Origin: an uncultured Armatimonadetes bacterium
GTDB lineage: Bacteria > Armatimonadota > UBA5829 > DTJY01
Assembly (NCBI GenBank): GCA_963717145.1
Contig: OY970325.1
Coordinates: 4,576,001 to 4,640,000 of the forward strand
Reading direction: 5' to 3'
Length of the DNA stretch: 64,000 nt
Shown here: positions 61,201-64,000 of the stretch, in pieces
Layout: every line of letters begins with the position of its first letter
How positions within the stretch are numbered: position 1 is the first letter of the stretch
Made by a program: the position numbers and the translations under genes
The notes under the pieces: generated by a model
The model's database searches: none
The model's input: only the letters and a program-made list of their open reading frames with translations
Told to the model about the DNA's origin: nothing

Positions 61201-62000
61201 AGATGACGCTGTCTAGCGACCAGGACAACGCCATCGTATACGCTCCGCCGCCCGACGCCGGTGCTCAGCCGCAAGTGGATGAGTACCTGGGCAAGCTGAG
61301 CCGATTCGTGTGTGAGACTCTCGATCGGGCGGGATACCCCTTCTGCCGGGGGGATGTGATGGCGCAGAACCCCAAATGGTGCAAGTCGCTCTCCGTGTGG
61401 AAGCAGTATTTCAGCGACTGGATCGAACGTGCCGAGCCCCAGCAGTTGCTGGAGTTCGCAATCTTCTTTGACTTCCGGCCTGTGTCGGGTGCGATGGAAC
61501 TTGCCCACGAGCTGCGACGCCACGTGTACACGGCGCTACGTTCACGCGCGTTGTTCTTCCCTTACTTCGCTCAGAACTCTCTTCTGTTCAAGCCCCCGGT
61601 TCGGCTTTTTGGCCGGATCTTGGTGGGCGGGGCAGGCGGCGAGTCTCATGGGCTTCTCGATCTCAAGGATGCCATGATGCCGATCGTCAGCTTCGCCCGG
61701 CTCTACGCCCTTCGAGCGGAGTTGGACGACACGCATACGCTCGACCGGTTGAACGCACTGGTGGAGGCGAAGGTACTCCCGGAGTCGAGTCGTCAGGAGG
61801 TCACCACGGCTTACGAGTTTCTGATGCGCCTGCGCCTCCAGCATCAGGCGGGTGAGATCCCTTCGGGACAGGAACCGGATAACGTAATCAACTACCGCAG
61901 GTTGGGTCAACTCGAGGAAACGCTCCTGAACCAGTCCTTCGCAGAGATCGCGGCCGTCCAGAAGCGCATCAGCTACGACTTCCTGGGCGGCACGTCCTGA
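58299..62000 (+). CDS. PHP + Cache + PAS + CBS + DUF294 nucleotidyltransferase multidomain protein
   Basis: DLHCHSIYSDG, LTDHD, GGTDVH; TM-DYFW…MHP…GWIIGTGIY-TM; PAS-like segments; CBS pair; LGSHGRQEMTLSSDQDN, FFDFR, DLK. Confidence 0.9.
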   Translation: MKGTTRVDLHCHSIYSDGTLAPRDIAEHLAANGVTAAALTDHDSIDGLAEFSRTLARRGVAHITGVEITATCRGKEAHLLGFGFDPAHSELRTVLPSLRQGRTLDVHSIAGSIRKMGSPPQTESGAESAGSDGRIDISEAIALIHRAGGCAVLAHPLILEPDLAELESLLAALKDDGLDGIEAIYESFTNDQRKHLCAMAKRLDLIVSGGTDVHDRKPQDSSEAGIQMPTELWKEFRDSVCFNNPQALQGVPASTPLHPRRRLQWRHFAFHFMFPTFLAIALFVTAIYAVFLPTFERSLLDRKREMIRELTNSAWSILAGYERDERAGRLTREQAQEMARSRVESLRYGREGKDYFWLQDMHPRIIMHPYRKDLNGKDVSIFQDPRGVRIFVKFADLVRRHGEGYIEYVWQWKDDPSRLVPKESYIKGFQPWGWIIGTGIYIEDVNEEIARVERRLVHTSLGISLIVVLLLLYVMRQSLWLERERSEAEESLQESTERYRSLVEATTEGTLLVMHGRPRYANHIFLKMLGCTQRELEFLDLSDLFPDIKDNERARASVNRLLRGDESVEGFDATMKRRDGTLIECVLTPSRISFAGGSGFILLTRDVGITPEGGGVRDGLDKRWHRLQQVVDGLPVGLFRARANSRGALIDSNPAAVRLLTVADAPDDAPITLSGLFDDARLYDMFLQDLRKQGRAERRFHVTSKDPGTKMVAIVAVLVRDSGGGADYIDGIVQDITLQDKRATELNAVVDKLQATLLFLHEPVSHIGRSIVFCKLDTPIRSVAALMSEQGSSAALIQSDDGSTVGIVTDSDCRARVVAAGLDRQEPVSRIMSSPLVVIPESAEIYEALLLMEQKGVQHLAVADEAGRIVGVVRNQELLQFESYGPIVLTREVEQAGTPEEVVACCRRAPGLARSLLNCGAHPRHVTRMISSVCDAATVRLIALAEAELGPSPLPFVFLALGSHGRQEMTLSSDQDNAIVYAPPPDAGAQPQVDEYLGKLSRFVCETLDRAGYPFCRGDVMAQNPKWCKSLSVWKQYFSDWIERAEPQQLLEFAIFFDFRPVSGAMELAHELRRHVYTALRSRALFFPYFAQNSLLFKPPVRLFGRILVGGAGGESHGLLDLKDAMMPIVSFARLYALRAELDDTHTLDRLNALVEAKVLPESSRQEVTTAYEFLMRLRLQHQAGEIPSGQEPDNVINYRRLGQLEETLLNQSFAEIAAVQKRISYDFLGGTS

Positions 62001-62020
62001 GAGAGGGGACAGCGGGCTCG

Positions 62021-62157
62021 ACGAAGCGCTCGGCCTCGGCCACAGGTACGATATGACCTACGCTGACGCCATCCGTTCCGTCACCCGCCCGGACCTCGAA
62101 CGCGTCTGCGCCGACATCTTCACCTCGCCCCCGACCGTCGTCACCGTCGGGCGGTAG
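62021..62157 (+). repeat. Direct repeat copy 2: orphan alternative M16 3' end
   Basis: Encodes EALGLGHRYDMTYADAIRSVTRPDLERVCADIFTSPPTVVTVGR*, with no start codon. Confidence 0.93.
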
Positions 62158-62264
62158 TCTTTCTTCAGTTTGTAGTATAATGGGTAGCGATATTCACTGA
62201 AAGGCTCTTGAGTCGCTGTACCAACGAACGCCCGCCAGTCAATTCAGCACAAGAGGTTACGGCA

Positions 62265-64000
62265 ATGCGTATCGGAGAGGTCGATCTTCCTTCCGAGATA
62301 TTGGAGGCACAGGACAGTGATAAGCTTGTTGTCTTCGCCGGTGCCGGTGTGTCTGTACCCAAGCCCTCCTCTTACCCGAGTTTCGTGCAACTAGTTGAGA
62401 AGATAGCAGGCCGTCGGCTCAGGAAGGGCGAGATGGGCCACCTCGACCGGGTCCTCAGTGAGCTTGAAGAGGGCGGGAGGAACGTGCGACGGGCAGCGAA
62501 GGACATGCTCACAAACCCGGCGTCCAAACCTAACAGCCTTCATCGTGACACGCTCCGCCTATTTCAGAGGCCGGAGAGCGTCCGCATCGTCACCACCAAC
62601 TTCGACAGGCACTTCACAAGCGCGGCTCGGGCTCAGTTCGGGAGCAAGACGGCCGTATTTGACGATGGGTGCGCGGTGTTCCGCGCGCCGGCACTGCCCT
62701 TGGGGCGCGACTTTCATGGGATAGTGTATCTGCATGGCAGCGTGGAGCAGGACGATCGAAGGCTCGTCCTGACTGATCGAGACTACGGCCGCGCTTACGT
62801 TACCGAAGGTTGGGCCGCTCAGTTTCTACGCGAGCTATACAACGAGTTCACAGTGCTGTTCATCGGCTACGGCCACAAAGATCCTATCACGGACTATCTT
62901 GCCCGGGGTCTGCCCCCCAGCGGCAAGAACCAGCGCTATGCACTGACAGTACCCAGGGAGGCGGCGCATTGGGAGAAACTGGACATAAGGCCCGTGCCTT
63001 ATCCAGCCAAAGGCAACCATATCGCTCTGGTGAAGATGCTTGGGAGGTGGGCAGACCGCACGGAGTGGGGATCGCTGGAACATGAGCATCGGATAAGAGA
63101 GATCGTCGGTGGCTCCACGGTGCTCGATCCCGAGACCGAAGACTACCTTGTTGGAGCGCTTAAGCATCCGCAACGCGTCCAGTTCTTTACCCGCCATGCC
63201 ACGGCCCCGGATTGGCTCAAGTGGGCGGATGAGAAGGGAGCCTGGAAACCTCTGTTCACGTATGGCCACGAATGCGACGACGTGGCCAAGGAGCTGGCTC
63301 ACTGGTTTGCCACGAAGTTTGTGAAGCAGCACGCCAATGATGCTCTTGCCTTGATCGCCCGTCAAGATGCGCAAGTCAACTTCAGGTTGTGGATTGCCAT
63401 CGCTGAAGCCGTGGCTAACGAGCGAGGCGGTTTCCAAGACGGCGAACGGTCAAACTGGATAAACCTTCTAGTTGCTGCTGCATATCCCGGAATCGAGTCC
63501 TGGTACCTAGAGTGGATCCTATACAACTGTGACCCCGCCAAGGATATTGGTGCTGCAGTGCTCTTGTTCTCGTACCTGACAAGACCTCGCCTGAAGCTCA
63601 GAGAGTCTTGGATGTCGCACGTCCCGGGATACGAGAGTCACTCGGTGTACTGGGAAGAACGCCATCACAACGTTGGCACAAACTGGCTGGCCAGAGCTTG
63701 GTCTGACTTGCTTAAGCCAAACATGGCCTGTTGCGCGGAAGAGATCGCTGCTGTCGTGACCGGTCACTTGAGCTTGGCGCATATCATGTTTCAGAGTGTG
63801 GGGCAAGCGGATATTGCGCGAGACGGATTCGCATTCGCCGGAGAACCGATCGAGGAAGCTGACATTGACTACCCACGGCGACCTCTCGAGCTTACGGCCG
63901 TTGCCGCAAAGGATACTATCGCCTGGCTGTTGGAACATCAGGAAGATCGAGGAGTGGCTCTCCTGAATGCCTGGTTTGCGTCAGAAGCACCAATCCTACG
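62265..64000 (+). CDS. SIR2-domain defence protein (Dsr1-like), truncated by the window edge
   Basis: Not in the ORF track; manual translation gives MRIGEVDLP…LVVFAGAGVS…VTTNFD…YLHGSV…YGRAY…VLFIGY, then a long helical region. Confidence 0.85.
   Translation, partial: MRIGEVDLPSEILEAQDSDKLVVFAGAGVSVPKPSSYPSFVQLVEKIAGRRLRKGEMGHLDRVLSELEEGGRNVRRAAKDMLTNPASKPNSLHRDTLRLFQRPESVRIVTTNFDRHFTSAARAQFGSKTAVFDDGCAVFRAPALPLGRDFHGIVYLHGSVEQDDRRLVLTDRDYGRAYVTEGWAAQFLRELYNEFTVLFIGYGHKDPITDYLARGLPPSGKNQRYALTVPREAAHWEKLDIRPVPYPAKGNHIALVKMLGRWADRTEWGSLEHEHRIREIVGGSTVLDPETEDYLVGALKHPQRVQFFTRHATAPDWLKWADEKGAWKPLFTYGHECDDVAKELAHWFATKFVKQHANDALALIARQDAQVNFRLWIAIAEAVANERGGFQDGERSNWINLLVAAAYPGIESWYLEWILYNCDPAKDIGAAVLLFSYLTRPRLKLRESWMSHVPGYESHSVYWEERHHNVGTNWLARAWSDLLKPNMACCAEEIAAVVTGHLSLAHIMFQSVGQADIARDGFAFAGEPIEEADIDYPRRPLELTAVAAKDTIAWLLEHQEDRGVALLNAWFASEAPIL

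Larger units (their letters stand above)
48441..62020. mobile_element. Putative genomic island/cassette region bounded by M16 3'-end repeats
   Basis: Flanking 137-nt direct repeats, defence/TA cargo, heterogeneous codon use; no integrase seen. Confidence 0.6.

Noticed and set aside
48304-62157. M16 3'-end repeat as a DGR variable/template pair
   Set aside because: Mismatches are not adenine-specific (A in 5 of 21 in copy 2 and 2 of 21 in copy 1), and no reverse transcriptase is in the window

Overview
GC-rich diderm bacterial chromosome segment. Gene content and a Firmicutes-type LexA suggest an Armatimonadota-like lineage (inference only). Scattered single-base indels in conserved genes look like assembly errors. 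1-48.4 kb is core genome: lipB-lipA; an outer-membrane/LPS cluster (tamB-like, ECF sigma, bamA, skp, lpxD-lpxC-fabZ-lpxA-lpxB, an IS481, msbA, waaA, lpxK, GT9/GT4/GT2 genes, rfaE1, an rfaE2-kdsB fusion, kdsA); then NlpC/P60, gyrA-archease-lexA, a SpoIID-like gene, tRNA-Pro and an M16 peptidase pair. 48.4-64 kb is an accessory/defence hotspot: DUF4258/YgiT TA pair, nuclease-STAND-TPR, an unknown nuclease-like gene with two small paralogues, a 21-nt-period palindrome array upstream of an unknown protein, hemerythrin, a DUF485/ActP/DUF294 module and a SIR2 (Dsr1-like) gene. Four signals stand out: (1) the last 137 nt of the second M16 gene recur 13.7 kb downstream, with a third decayed copy between, and each copy heads a defence/TA cassette with no integrase in view; (2) a phased GATA-N2-TATC/11-nt-spacer array; (3) a candidate new three-gene defence operon; (4) many unrelated palindromic repeat families, several translated in frame inside core genes.
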